Below, in pieces: positions 27,931 through 38,197 of a stretch of 49,829 nucleotides of DNA (position 1 is the stretch's first letter; each line of letters begins with the position of its first letter). The notes under the pieces were generated by a model that worked only from the letters and a program-made list of their open reading frames with translations, ran no database searches and was not told the DNA's origin. Origin of the DNA: Anaerovoracaceae bacterium (GTDB taxonomy: Bacteria > Bacillota > Clostridia > Peptostreptococcales > Anaerovoracaceae). The stretch spans positions 1 through 49,829 of the forward strand of contig JAVBKP010000049.1 in NCBI GenBank assembly GCA_031553975.1, written 5' to 3'. A program made the position numbers and the translations under genes.

Positions 27931-28452
27931 TTATTGGTTTAAACTCTGCACACCGCAACATCCACCACCGCCAGCTGCCATAGGTCGCTGCTGTGGTTGT
28001 TGTGACGCTAATGCCGCTACATCAATATTATTAAGATCTTTTACAATATTGATTTGGCTTCTAATCATACCCATCCAACAACTATATCCGATAACCCCTG
28101 ATGAAGTAGGGATAAATTCAATGATATTGTCGCCTTCTACCAGTTGCTTTTCAATGCCATATTCAGGTATTTGCATAACATTGTTGCACCCGTTGAGAGT
28201 TCTTGCATCGGCTTTAATATTCCATCTCACCAGTACCCCCGATTGAATGGTAATTGGTGTATATTCATTGGCACCTAGCACGGTGGTCACTTCTTGGACT
28301 TCTCCGTTGACGGTTGCCACTGCTGATGGTGCTGCCTCTGCCTCTATACTATTAAATGGGTCTATGCCAAAATGACCACCTATTATATACGCAGCTAGTA
28401 GCACAAATATAGGTGCCAATATAAATTCTTTCTTTAATCTCTTTTTTCTCAT
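27931..28452 (-). CDS. Membrane-anchored cupredoxin-like domain protein with a Gly/Cys-rich tail
   Basis: N-terminal TM. Segments TPITIQSGVLVRWNI...GCNNVMQIPEYGIEK...IIEFIPTSSGVIGYSCWMGMI resemble the Cupredoxin_1-type domain. C-terminal AAGGGGCCG. The functional call is tentative. Confidence 0.45.
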   Translation of the reverse strand: MRKKRLKKEFILAPIFVLLAAYIIGGHFGIDPFNSIEAEAAPSAVATVNGEVQEVTTVLGANEYTPITIQSGVLVRWNIKADARTLNGCNNVMQIPEYGIEKQLVEGDNIIEFIPTSSGVIGYSCWMGMIRSQINIVKDLNNIDVAALASQQPQQRPMAAGGGGCCGVQSLNQ

Positions 28453-28533
28453 GTTCTAAATCCTTTCATTTATGTATTCTCTACTAATACGATTCAGAAA
28501 TGCAAATCCTTTCAAAAGTTTTACGTAAATTTT

Positions 28534-29313
28534 TTATGCTCTTTTCTCTTCTTTTATGAGGATTCTGATTGCCTCTACTGTGGCCTCTATTGCCTTAGCT
28601 GTGTCGTGGACTTCTGGATTTGAAAGGTTTTTGGCTTTGCGTTCTTGATTCCAAACTACATTTAGGATGCAACCTGCTCTCACACCTAGCGTTGCACAAA
28701 CGATGTATAACGCAGCACTTTCCATTTCTGATGCAAGACATCCGGCCTTGATCCAAGCTTTCCAATTGCTGTTTAGCTGATCGGCCACTGGCATTCTGTC
28801 TGGGCTGTGTTGCCCATAAAACGAATCTTTACACTGCACCACTCCCGCATGATGGCTCATTTTTGCCTCTGGATATTTGGCGATTACAGCCTTGGCCCCT
28901 GTGACCAACGCATTTGTAATATCTAGGTTTGCCACTGCCGGGAACTCTATTGGTACATACTCCTTGCTGGTGCCTTCCATCCGAATAGCGCCTGTAGCAA
29001 TGACTAGATCTCCACCAATAACTGGCTCTGCCATGCCACCACAAGTGCCAATACGAATGAAATTCTCAACACCCGTCCGGTATAGCTCCTCTACGCCAAT
29101 GGCTGTAGATGGCCCTCCCATACCTGTGGACATGACCATGACAGTCTCGCCCTCTAACTCCCCAAGCCAAGTGGTATATTCTCTATTCTGGCAATGAAAT
29201 CTTGGTCTATCCAAATATTTTGCAATTTTTTCTACTCTGCCTGGGTCACCTGGTAATATTACATATTTAGCACCATGGGTGTCGTCGAATCCAATATGAT
29301 ACATTTTTTCCAT
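28534..29313 (-). CDS. udp: Uridine phosphorylase
   Basis: Collinear with E. coli Udp: ILPGDPGRVEKIA, STGMGGPSTAIGVEEL, RIGTCG and EMESAAL motifs. Confidence 0.85.
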   Translation of the reverse strand: MEKMYHIGFDDTHGAKYVILPGDPGRVEKIAKYLDRPRFHCQNREYTTWLGELEGETVMVMSTGMGGPSTAIGVEELYRTGVENFIRIGTCGGMAEPVIGGDLVIATGAIRMEGTSKEYVPIEFPAVANLDITNALVTGAKAVIAKYPEAKMSHHAGVVQCKDSFYGQHSPDRMPVADQLNSNWKAWIKAGCLASEMESAALYIVCATLGVRAGCILNVVWNQERKAKNLSNPEVHDTAKAIEATVEAIRILIKEEKRA

Positions 29314-29467
29314 TCGTCTGTCTCCTTTGATATACGTGTATTAAAACTATGTTTTATTAGATGTTTTATGGCACAAAGCTTCACTATAGATTGTATCAAA
29401 AACCCTCTCACTATGCAAATACTATCTATGCTATGTGAAGTTTAATGTAGATTGCAAGTTTAATCGC

Positions 29468-29499
29468 AACAAAAAGGCACAGCAGTCTGTGGCTGTGCC
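29468..29499 (-). terminator. Terminator downstream of the flotillin gene
   Basis: Stem GGCACAGC/GCTGTGCC with a 7-nt loop. A-run 29471-75 gives a U-run on the minus-strand RNA. Confidence 0.55.
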
Positions 29500-29521
29500 C
29501 TATTCATACCCCTTTGATATG

Positions 29522-30943
29522 TTATGATTGATTTGGCTCGGTTTGTTTCTTTTGTTTTGGTTCTCCTGACTGCTCTTCATCTAGTTCGGTTTTTGTACCA
29601 AGGAAAGCAGGAAGTTCCATGCCCGCTTGGTTAAATAAATCCCCAAGTGGTGGCACAGATTTTAACATGCCCGATAGGAAGTTGGCTGTAGATGGTGTCC
29701 CACTGCCGTTACCCATAGAGTCCCAAACTGTAACCTTGTCGATCTTGATGTTCTTAATGGCTTCTACTTGTAATGCCACTAAGTCTTGGAGTTTATCTGC
29801 CACAATCAATTTAACCGCAGAATCCGCGTCTCCACCAGCTGCTTCTACGAGTCTTTGCATACCAGCGGCTTGTTTTGATAATATCTCTTGCATACCATTG
29901 GCTTGGGCTTGCATTTTAGCAAATAATGCGTCTGCTTCTCCTTTTGCCTCACGACGAAGGGTTTCTGCTTTGGCCTCTGCTACGATTACTGCTTTTTCTT
30001 TGTCAATCTCTGCGGCTACAATGATATCGGCCTGCTGTGATGCTCTTTCTAATTCAGCTCTGGTAAGCGCTGTTTCTCTTTCTGCCGCATAGGCCTCTTG
30101 CAATGCTTTTGCGCTTTGCACCTTCTCTGCTGCTACGGCTATTCTTAGGGCTTCTGCCTCTTTTTCACGACGTGCTGCATCGGAATTGGCTATTGCCACC
30201 TTAGAGGAGTTCTCACCTTCGATAGCTGTTGCGTCTGCTGATGCCACTTCAATACGTTGGTCTCTCTGTGCGTTAGCTTGACCGATTTCACCATCACGGT
30301 CTTTTTCTGCTACGCTTTTCTTCGCATCATTGATGGCTTTTGCTGCTGCTTCTTTACCTAGTGCCACGATATAACCAGATTCGTCATTGATGTCTGTAAT
30401 ATTCACGTTGATAAGACGAAGTCCGATTTTTTTAAGCTCAATCTCCACGTTGTTAGACACTGCTAACAGGAATTTGTCCCTGTCTGTGTTGATTTCTTCA
30501 ATGTCCATGGTGGCAATCACAAGACGCAATTGTCCAAAGATGATGTCTTTTGCTAGTTCTTGTATCTCTGCCATCTTCAAACCTAGCAGACGCTCGGCGG
30601 CGTTTTGCATAACGCCCGCTTCTGTTGAGATACCAACGGTAAATCTAGAAGGCACATCTACACGGATGTTTTGCTTTGACAGTGCGTTTTTCAAATCCAC
30701 GTTAATTGAAATTGGCGTCAAATCCATGTATTGGTACGCCTGAATCACTGGAATAATAAATGCTGCCCCTCCATGTATACATTTAGCTGAAAGAGTTTGA
30801 CCTTGTTTGTTGTTGCCGACCTTGCCGTATACCACTAAAATTTTGTCTGATGGGCATTTTCTATATCTGGATAAAATCCCTATAAAGGCTGCTAACACCA
30901 CGACTACGATGATACATAGGCTGATTAAAAATTCAAATTCCAT
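29522..30943 (-). CDS. floT: Flotillin (SPFH/band-7 domain, FloT/YuaG-like) with an Ala/Glu-rich coiled-coil region
   Basis: N-terminal TM plus SPFH domain. Long EA-rich repeats (AEAKAETLRREAKGEADA). Start overlaps the nfeD stop: TAAATG. Confidence 0.85.
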   Translation of the reverse strand: MEFEFLISLCIIVVVVLAAFIGILSRYRKCPSDKILVVYGKVGNNKQGQTLSAKCIHGGAAFIIPVIQAYQYMDLTPISINVDLKNALSKQNIRVDVPSRFTVGISTEAGVMQNAAERLLGLKMAEIQELAKDIIFGQLRLVIATMDIEEINTDRDKFLLAVSNNVEIELKKIGLRLINVNITDINDESGYIVALGKEAAAKAINDAKKSVAEKDRDGEIGQANAQRDQRIEVASADATAIEGENSSKVAIANSDAARREKEAEALRIAVAAEKVQSAKALQEAYAAERETALTRAELERASQQADIIVAAEIDKEKAVIVAEAKAETLRREAKGEADALFAKMQAQANGMQEILSKQAAGMQRLVEAAGGDADSAVKLIVADKLQDLVALQVEAIKNIKIDKVTVWDSMGNGSGTPSTANFLSGMLKSVPPLGDLFNQAGMELPAFLGTKTELDEEQSGEPKQKKQTEPNQS

Positions 30944-31582
30944 TTAATGTTCTCCTTTCTCTACAATTAAAATTCCATTTTGTATATCAATAACGCGAAC
31001 CATTTGGCCTGAAGCTAGTGGTTCCCCTCCATCATTGACTGCATCAAATTCCATAAATCTATCTTGTATTGTTAATGTTATTTTACCTGGGTTGCTACCC
31101 TTTGGTCCTATTGGAATATATACGTTACCAGTCATGCCAAGTGCGTTTTTCAAGTCTATGTTGCCACTGGATACTATTTTTCTCGATAGCATGATAACCT
31201 TTGCTACTAAATACATAGCCAGTGCCCCCAACGCAACACCTATAAGTATTGCCAAAAATGGGTTCAGTCCTGACTTCACAAAGGAAATCGATGACCAGCC
31301 AAATACGGTAAACAGTGCTACAAACCCTTGTAATGTAAACAGCCTTAGGTCTCCAAACTCTGCTAATGTCGCATCGTGAGCTAAGTCTGCACTATTGGCG
31401 CTCATATCCCCTGCATCTGGAAGATCCATCCCAGATGTATCTGTTGGATTGAAGCCCTCTCCACCTTCTCCGAAGCCTAGCATGACCTGTATAGTCTGAA
31501 TCACGAAAAGCAATGTTGAAGGAATCGCTATGCAGTACAAAGCTTTTAAAAGCGAATCTAGTCCATCCCACCACTCTGTCAT
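30944..31582 (-). CDS. NfeD-family protein (YuaF-like flotillin partner)
   Basis: N-terminal TM helices and a C-terminal OB-fold-like region GQMVRVIDIQNGILIVE. Translationally coupled to the flotillin gene. AAAGGAGGG RBS. Confidence 0.75.
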   Translation of the reverse strand: MTEWWDGLDSLLKALYCIAIPSTLLFVIQTIQVMLGFGEGGEGFNPTDTSGMDLPDAGDMSANSADLAHDATLAEFGDLRLFTLQGFVALFTVFGWSSISFVKSGLNPFLAILIGVALGALAMYLVAKVIMLSRKIVSSGNIDLKNALGMTGNVYIPIGPKGSNPGKITLTIQDRFMEFDAVNDGGEPLASGQMVRVIDIQNGILIVEKGEH

Positions 31583-31784
31583 CTTTCTTCCCTCCTTTGA
31601 TGTAAATACTATTTACCTAAAATTTATCACTATTCTTCCTTGCTGTCAATAGGCATTTAAAGTTTTTTTATTAAACAGTTATTGGGTTAATCTGATTTAC
31701 CTATTGCGTTTTTATTGTCGCTTTGCTATACTTATGTAAATAACATTTACTTTTGGCAATTTCTATTAATTGGGTGGTGATTCC

Positions 31785-32207
31785 ATGGACAGAAAACTTT
31801 TAGGACAACGACTAAAGGAAGCTAGGCTTGTTAAGCAGCTTACCCAGGCTGAGGTGTCTGGTGATTTTATTACGCGCAATATGCTCAGCCAGATAGAAAA
31901 TGGGCTGGCCATACCTTCTATGAGTACATTGGCCTACCTAAGTGATATACTGGAAATCCCTATGTCCTCCTTGGTATCTAAAGATGACAGTCCTTATCCA
32001 GTCTATGAAAACAGTGATTTTGTAATTGCAAAAAATCATCTAAATCAAGGTAAGGATAAAATGGATAAAGGTGACATGGACCAAGCTGGCAAGGATTTTG
32101 AGAAGGCTCGTGAACATGCGCTTTTAGCTATCCATGCCGCTAGCAGTATACATGCTGAATCAATTTTGTTAATAGAAAATATGGTTCAAAAACTTAAAAA
32201 AAACTAA
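31785..32207 (+). CDS. XRE-family helix-turn-helix transcriptional regulator
   Basis: LGQRLKEARLVKQLTQAEVSG...ISQIENG HTH_3 motif. Start at Met6 of the track ORF, which has a GGTGGTGA RBS. Confidence 0.7.
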   Translation: MDRKLLGQRLKEARLVKQLTQAEVSGDFITRNMLSQIENGLAIPSMSTLAYLSDILEIPMSSLVSKDDSPYPVYENSDFVIAKNHLNQGKDKMDKGDMDQAGKDFEKAREHALLAIHAASSIHAESILLIENMVQKLKKN

Positions 32208-32285
32208 GCCCCTATATTGGCTACTCTAATGAATTATGAATAATTTCACCCTTTTTTAACAAAATAATCAATGGAGGATGAATTT

Positions 32286-32711
32286 ATGAATTATTATTTC
32301 TCATGTTTTAGAAAATATGCTCAATTTCATGGCAGAGCTCGCCGAAAAGAGTATTGGTGGTTTACCATAATTAATGCAATTGTTATGGGGATACTAGCTA
32401 CATTTTCTGGTATGGGCGCAGCCTACGTTGGCATGGCTGAGGCTCTTGCCAATGGTGAAATGCCTGTGATACCTATGGGAAGTGGCGTAGGGATGTGGGT
32501 TTTAGTTATCTATGACCTTGCTGTATTGCTACCCATGTTAGCCGTAGCCGTTAGGCGTCTTCATGACACCAGTAGAACTGGTTGGTGGCTATTTATTAAT
32601 CTGGTTCCAGTGATCGGTGGTATTTGGTTTTTTGTTTTGACCTTACTAGACAGCGTGCCCGGCGAGAACAGATTTGGTCCTAATCCAAAAGAAATCCCTA
32701 CCCCTGACTAA
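32286..32711 (+). CDS. DUF805-family inner membrane protein (YhaH-like)
   Basis: RARRKEYWWF...RRLHDTSRTGWW...IPVIGGIWFFVL...NRFGPNP signature. GGAGG RBS at Met6 of the track ORF. Confidence 0.75.
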   Translation: MNYYFSCFRKYAQFHGRARRKEYWWFTIINAIVMGILATFSGMGAAYVGMAEALANGEMPVIPMGSGVGMWVLVIYDLAVLLPMLAVAVRRLHDTSRTGWWLFINLVPVIGGIWFFVLTLLDSVPGENRFGPNPKEIPTPD

Positions 32712-32736
32712 GGACAAAGATGTGAAAATCATATGG

Positions 32737-32785
32737 AAAAGACCCTAAGGTGAATCAGCAGATTGCATCCTAGGGTCTTTGTTAT
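32737..32785 (+). terminator. Bidirectional terminator between the convergent DUF805 and hybrid-kinase genes
   Basis: Stem AAGACCCTAAGG/CCTAGGGTCTT flanked by AAAA and TTTGTT. Confidence 0.5.
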
Positions 32786-32853
32786 GTTGTCAGCAAAGGT
32801 TTTGTTAATGCAGAAATGTAATTGGCATTTGCGTTAGGGTTTCAAACTATAGT

Positions 32854-35715
32854 TTAATCCTCTAAGACCTGAATTAAACGTTTTATATCTACTGGTTTTG
32901 CTAAGTGCATATCCATACCTGCTGCCAGTGCCATTTCAACATCTTCTTTGTATGCATTGGCTGTCAGCGCAATAATTCTAATTGTTTTGGCATCTTCTCG
33001 CTCTTGTTGCCTAATCTGTTTCGTGGCTTCATATCCATTTAGCACTGGCATTTGAATGTCCATCAAAACATGGGTGTATTGTCCAATCTTTGAGTTTTTG
33101 AACATATCTACGGCTTCTTTGCCATTAACAGCCTCTTCTATTGCGATATCGGTGCCAGCAAGGATTTCTTTTATTATTTCTCTGTTAATGTCTATATCTT
33201 CAACCAGTAACACTCTCTTCTTACCCAAATGGGCGGCTACACTGTCATAGGAGTGGAGGTGATTGTTCATCTCAGCCCTAGGGAATTCCAACTCAAAATA
33301 GAACGTGGAGCCTTGGCATAATTGGCTCTTGACATCAATTATGCCCCCCATTGATTTAATTAAATTCTGGCTGATGGCAAGCCCAAGTCCTGTGCCTCCA
33401 TACCTTGCCGCTACGCTACTACTACCCTGCTCAAAGGGAATAAATAGATGGTCAATCTGCTTGTCTGACATGCCAATACCAGTGTCTGAGATAATGAATT
33501 TTATGCAAATACGCTGATTCTCTTCCCTTACCGCCTTGACTGTTAGCGATACTTCTCCTCCGTTTTTGGTAAATTTTATGGCATTGCTCAAAAGGTTTAA
33601 TAGCACTTGATTCAATCTAAGTCTATCTCCTATTATGCCTGTTGTTTCCAAGTCTTCAAATTTTTTAATAATCCTAATATTTTTGGAAGCGCTGCTTGGT
33701 GAGATAATATCATATGCCTCATTTACAGCACTTTTTAAATCAAATGGTTCATGATTTAGGGTTAGTTTTCCTGATTCGATTTTAGACATATCTAATATGT
33801 CATTTATGATGCCAAGCAGGTGTTCTGAGGAGGTTAGTATTTTCCTTGTCCCATCCATTACTTGATCGGTATCTGCAACATTTTTCCTTATGATGTGAGA
33901 CATTCCTATTATGACATTAAGTGGTGTGCGACTTTCGTGACTCATGCGGGCTAAAAATTTACTTTTTGCCGTGGTAGCTTCTTCTAGGTTTTTTGTGCGT
34001 TCATACACAAGTTTTTCTAGGTGCTTAGCCGCGTTTCTACTTCTGACAAATAACACAAGTACTAGGCAGGCAATAATAGAAGTTAACATGATTGCACTTC
34101 CCAAGAAAATACTCTTTTGCCTTTCCATCACATCGGCATAATCAAATGTTCTCGTAGCCCATTTTTCTTCGATTTCCGCAGTATTTGCATAGAGCAATGC
34201 CTTATTCACAATAGAGGCTAGCAATTTTTCATCTTTATTGAACCCAAACTGGACATCAAAATTATAGTCAAAATCCACGTTGGTCTTGAATCTAGCATCC
34301 TGATAATAGTTGTTCCTACTTAGCAATATATACTCGGTCACTGCCAGCAAATCTATCTCGCCCTTGTTTAGTGCTTCAAAAGCTTGGTCTTGATTCTGGT
34401 AGGAAATTGTTTGGTTGGTAGGGAACCAATCTTGAAATAAAGTTTGGTATCCTCGCTTTTCTATCACCCCAACCCGCTCTGTTATGATTTGCAAAAATTT
34501 AATTTCTGGGTATTTTTCCTTAGAGGCCAATATAAAGGAATCGTGGGTATAGGCATCGCTCCAAAGAAACCTACCTTCTCGCTCTTCCGTTTGAATTATC
34601 TCAGATGTCATCTGGGCCTGTCCATTCTCAATCATGTCCATAAGCTCACTCCAAGGTACATCTGGCTGGTTGATTACCTTAAAGTCTAGTCCTGTAATCT
34701 TAGCTATTTCTTTTATGACATCAATGCCCATGCCTTGAAATTCTTCTTCTGTTGTATTGTAAAAATCCAATGGATAGTTATTGGAATCAGCAACTACTGA
34801 AATAGGTTGTCCGCTGGCGACACGCGCCTCAATGTATGCTCGCTCTTCTTCTGTGAGTTGTTTATAAGCTTGGTTTCTTTTATAATCCATTTCACCTTGC
34901 TCGTGGATTTGTGCCATTATTTGGCGGTTTTCATCCATAAGGAATTTGTCCATTACGCTTATTATGGGTTCTAAATCGGGATTTTTGGTGGCCAATGACG
35001 TAGAAAAATAGACTGGCTGTGCCATTGGTGCTGATTGGATGAATGGATATTCTGCCATAGGAACAACTGAGGTAGTTTCGCCAAAAAACACCTCACCATT
35101 GCCACTCTTTATGGTTTGTGCCGCCTCTGCATAGGAATCTACGTATATGCTCTCATATGGATGATCGTACACTTTTTTTAGCAGCTCTTCTGTAGCACTT
35201 CCCCGAAAAAACACAAATTTTGGTGTGTTCTCTTGCATGATTACGTCTACATCTTTGACGTCTGCAAGATAAAAAATGTATAAAGAACGTTCTGTGATAC
35301 CCTCTGTCATGTATAAGGTTTTGACACGCTCTTCCGTCCTTGCAAGATCTAAGGTAAAATCTATCTCGCCACGATTAAAGCTATCAAGAAATGTGCTCCA
35401 GTCCAAAAGTTTGTGCTCTACTTCTATACCGTATAGCTCTTCCATTAGCTTAGAAAATCTATGGGCAAAGCCTTGGATTTCCCCAAATTCAGATGCAAAC
35501 GCCTCGTCGCTAGGCAAAGAAACTAGGGTAAATGTTCTACCCTCAGATTTTATCTTTTCTATTTTATTGATTTCATCTTGGGTCACCCCTGGGATTTGTC
35601 TATAATCTTTAATTGTTCTGTCTTCATCTATTCGACCAGCTATTACCTGTGCATGACTAACAATCGTAGTGCAAACAAGTATCAGTGTCAGCATAGCAAT
35701 CGCTATTCTTTTCAT
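32854..35715 (-). CDS. Hybrid sensor histidine kinase: two extracytoplasmic solute-binding-protein family 3 domains, TM, HisKA, HATPase_c and a C-terminal receiver (BvgS/EvgS-like, no Hpt)
   Basis: Signal/TM at both ends of a roughly 520-aa extracellular region with two PBP-like lobes. H-box MSHESRTPLN. N/G-box GGTGLGL. REC with VLLVEDIDINRE...DIQMP...K. Confidence 0.8.
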   Translation of the reverse strand: MKRIAIAMLTLILVCTTIVSHAQVIAGRIDEDRTIKDYRQIPGVTQDEINKIEKIKSEGRTFTLVSLPSDEAFASEFGEIQGFAHRFSKLMEELYGIEVEHKLLDWSTFLDSFNRGEIDFTLDLARTEERVKTLYMTEGITERSLYIFYLADVKDVDVIMQENTPKFVFFRGSATEELLKKVYDHPYESIYVDSYAEAAQTIKSGNGEVFFGETTSVVPMAEYPFIQSAPMAQPVYFSTSLATKNPDLEPIISVMDKFLMDENRQIMAQIHEQGEMDYKRNQAYKQLTEEERAYIEARVASGQPISVVADSNNYPLDFYNTTEEEFQGMGIDVIKEIAKITGLDFKVINQPDVPWSELMDMIENGQAQMTSEIIQTEEREGRFLWSDAYTHDSFILASKEKYPEIKFLQIITERVGVIEKRGYQTLFQDWFPTNQTISYQNQDQAFEALNKGEIDLLAVTEYILLSRNNYYQDARFKTNVDFDYNFDVQFGFNKDEKLLASIVNKALLYANTAEIEEKWATRTFDYADVMERQKSIFLGSAIMLTSIIACLVLVLFVRSRNAAKHLEKLVYERTKNLEEATTAKSKFLARMSHESRTPLNVIIGMSHIIRKNVADTDQVMDGTRKILTSSEHLLGIINDILDMSKIESGKLTLNHEPFDLKSAVNEAYDIISPSSASKNIRIIKKFEDLETTGIIGDRLRLNQVLLNLLSNAIKFTKNGGEVSLTVKAVREENQRICIKFIISDTGIGMSDKQIDHLFIPFEQGSSSVAARYGGTGLGLAISQNLIKSMGGIIDVKSQLCQGSTFYFELEFPRAEMNNHLHSYDSVAAHLGKKRVLLVEDIDINREIIKEILAGTDIAIEEAVNGKEAVDMFKNSKIGQYTHVLMDIQMPVLNGYEATKQIRQQEREDAKTIRIIALTANAYKEDVEMALAAGMDMHLAKPVDIKRLIQVLED

Positions 35716-35744
35716 GAAGAGCCTCCCCCATCTATTTATGATTC

Positions 35745-36974
35745 CTATTTCTTTCTCGCATTTCTTACATGCTGACTTCTTGATCCTTGGTTAGGCTTTT
35801 TAGGTCTCTGAAATGGTACTGGTTTTGGCTTTGGCTCGAAAACTTCCATCGGATACGGATGATCTTCGATTTTAGGAATTGTCTTTTTTATGAGATTTTC
35901 AATATCCTTCAGATTGCTCTTTTCATCAAAGTCACAAAATGAAATGGCGGTGCCTCCTAGCCCTGCCCTACCCGTTCGTCCAATTCTATGTACGTATGTT
36001 TCGGGGGTTTCTGGCAAATCGTAATTCACAACGTGAGACAGTTCATCAATATCGATGCCCCGTGCCGCAATGTCAGTGGCTACCAAAACTCGAATTTGCC
36101 CGTTCTTGAAATTGCTAAGGGCCCTTTGCCTTGCATTTTGAGACTTATCTCCGTGAATCGCTTCCGCTTTGATTTTAGCCTTTATAAGGTCTTTGACAAC
36201 CCTGTCTGCACCATGTTTTGTACGGGTAAACACAAGAACTGATGTAATCTTATTGTTTTCTAGCAGTGAGGCCAATAGGTGCTTCTTATTGACTCTATCC
36301 ACAAAGTATAAGGACTGCTCTATTGAGTCTACGGTGGAAGCCACTGGTGTCACTGTGATTTTAGCAGGGTCGTACAACATGGAATTGGCCATGTTTTCAA
36401 TTTCTTTTGGCATGGTTGCAGAAAAAAGTAATGTTTGTCTTCTCCTTGGAAGCTTTGCAGAAATTTTCTTCATATCCGCAGCAAAGCCCATATCAAGCAT
36501 TCTATCTGCTTCATCCAAGACAAATATTTTAATTTCTTCCAAATTAACCAGTTTTTGATTGATAAGATCATTCAATCTGCCTGGTGTTGCAATCAATATA
36601 TCTACGCCGTGCCTTAATTGCTTTACCTGTGGCTCTTGGGATACCCCGCCAAAAATCACTGCACATTTCAGCTTTGTATACCTGCCGTAGGCGCCAAAAC
36701 TCTCAGCGATCTGAATGGCACGTTCTCTTGTGGGGGTCAGTACCAATGCACTTATCCTGCGACGGGTAGGAACAGGTATATCGCTAAGTAGTTGAAGTAT
36801 AGGAATGGCAAAAGCCGCTGTCTTTCCCGTCCCCGTTTGGGCGCATCCCAACAAATCTCTACCCTCTAGAATGGGTGGAATAGACTTTTCTTGTATGGGT
36901 GAGGGTGTCTCGTACCCCTCGTCAGTTATTGCTCTTAGTATTGGTTCAATTATATTTAGATTTTCAAATTTCAT
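35745..36974 (-). CDS. DEAD-box ATP-dependent RNA helicase with a basic C-terminal tail
   Basis: AQTGTGKTAAF (motif I), PTRELA-like, DEAD, SAT and HRIGRTGR motifs. Start at Met7 of the track ORF. Confidence 0.85.
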   Translation of the reverse strand: MKFENLNIIEPILRAITDEGYETPSPIQEKSIPPILEGRDLLGCAQTGTGKTAAFAIPILQLLSDIPVPTRRRISALVLTPTRERAIQIAESFGAYGRYTKLKCAVIFGGVSQEPQVKQLRHGVDILIATPGRLNDLINQKLVNLEEIKIFVLDEADRMLDMGFAADMKKISAKLPRRRQTLLFSATMPKEIENMANSMLYDPAKITVTPVASTVDSIEQSLYFVDRVNKKHLLASLLENNKITSVLVFTRTKHGADRVVKDLIKAKIKAEAIHGDKSQNARQRALSNFKNGQIRVLVATDIAARGIDIDELSHVVNYDLPETPETYVHRIGRTGRAGLGGTAISFCDFDEKSNLKDIENLIKKTIPKIEDHPYPMEVFEPKPKPVPFQRPKKPNQGSRSQHVRNARKK

Positions 36975-37117
36975 CTCTTTACCTTTTATCACTTAGTTAT
37001 ACTTAATATTCTTTATGTAAGTAGGAATTTTGCTGCATGCATGACTTCATGTCCAGCTCGTACTCAAAAGTATATTATATCATACTATGGCGCGCTTAAG
37101 TAAAAATATATGATGGG

Positions 37118-38197
37118 TTAGCTAGATAAAATATTGCCTAACTTTTCTCTCAATACTTTGATATCAACTGGTTTTCTAATAAAATCCTTCGCACCCAACC
37201 CAATTGCTTTTTGCAAATTGTCTGCTGAAGTATTGCCCGTAATAAATACCACTGGTACTTTGCTATACCCTGGGAGTCTTCGAATCAGTTGCAAAAGTGC
37301 AAATCCATCCATTTCAGGCATTTCGATGTCAAGCAAAATTATATCCGCAGTATTGCTCTTCAAAAACTGCAAGGCGGCATTGCATTCTGCCATAGCAAAT
37401 ACAGTGTATTCATCACGCAACATTGCTTTAATGTTCCTAAGCGCATCTGGCATATCATCAATTGCTAAAACACGTTTTTTCCCAGAACCTTGATTTTGTG
37501 CCACATGAACCAATTCGATTAATCGATTTGACTCTACCACTGCTGTGTCATAATCAAAGGCCTCCAAACACCACATGACGAGTTTTATAGAGTGATCTAT
37601 CTCCTCGTTGTAGCTATAATAATCAATCGCTTTCAATGCCTCGTAAGCTCTTCCAAATTCGAAGTTTTCCAAGAGCATATAAAATCTTTCAAAAACATCT
37701 TTTGGTATCGCAACCTTATTCTTACTTACCATTTGTCCCCCTTGGAGTGGACTCTGTCCCATTTGTGGCAATGGCTGTTGCGTGTTTTGTTGATGTTTAT
37801 AGGTTATTACCTCTTCTGGCTCTTTTGCTTCAATAATCTTTGTGCGCAGCTTTTTAATGTCACTAAAGACCACTGCAAGCTCTTTAGCATATAGTTCAAA
37901 TTGCTTTGTCTGCAAATGTTTGTTTAGATTTTCTATTCCAAATGCCAACGAAATCGCTCCAATATCTGCAAGCAATGTTAAAAGTCTATCCATGCTAATT
38001 TCAAACTGGACAAAATCAAACTCACCATTATCCAAATTAGAAATATTTAAGGTTTTAATAATAAATTCTGATTCGTTTGTAAATGTTGCTAAGCATGCAA
38101 AATATGCGTTTTTGTCGCTAAAATTTTTTGAGGCATTTACTGCATCAAACTCTTCTATTTTTAACAATTTAAACATACTAAATGTGACTGTTGTCAT
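37118..38197 (-). CDS. Response regulator with a C-terminal receiver domain and a roughly 230-aa N-terminal domain of unknown function (helical, Gln-rich linker)
   Basis: REC: VLAIDDMPDALRNIKAML...ILLDIEMPEMDGF...K. No DNA-binding output recognised. 4-nt overlap with the upstream hybrid-kinase gene. Confidence 0.7.
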   Translation of the reverse strand: MTTVTFSMFKLLKIEEFDAVNASKNFSDKNAYFACLATFTNESEFIIKTLNISNLDNGEFDFVQFEISMDRLLTLLADIGAISLAFGIENLNKHLQTKQFELYAKELAVVFSDIKKLRTKIIEAKEPEEVITYKHQQNTQQPLPQMGQSPLQGGQMVSKNKVAIPKDVFERFYMLLENFEFGRAYEALKAIDYYSYNEEIDHSIKLVMWCLEAFDYDTAVVESNRLIELVHVAQNQGSGKKRVLAIDDMPDALRNIKAMLRDEYTVFAMAECNAALQFLKSNTADIILLDIEMPEMDGFALLQLIRRLPGYSKVPVVFITGNTSADNLQKAIGLGAKDFIRKPVDIKVLREKLGNILSS

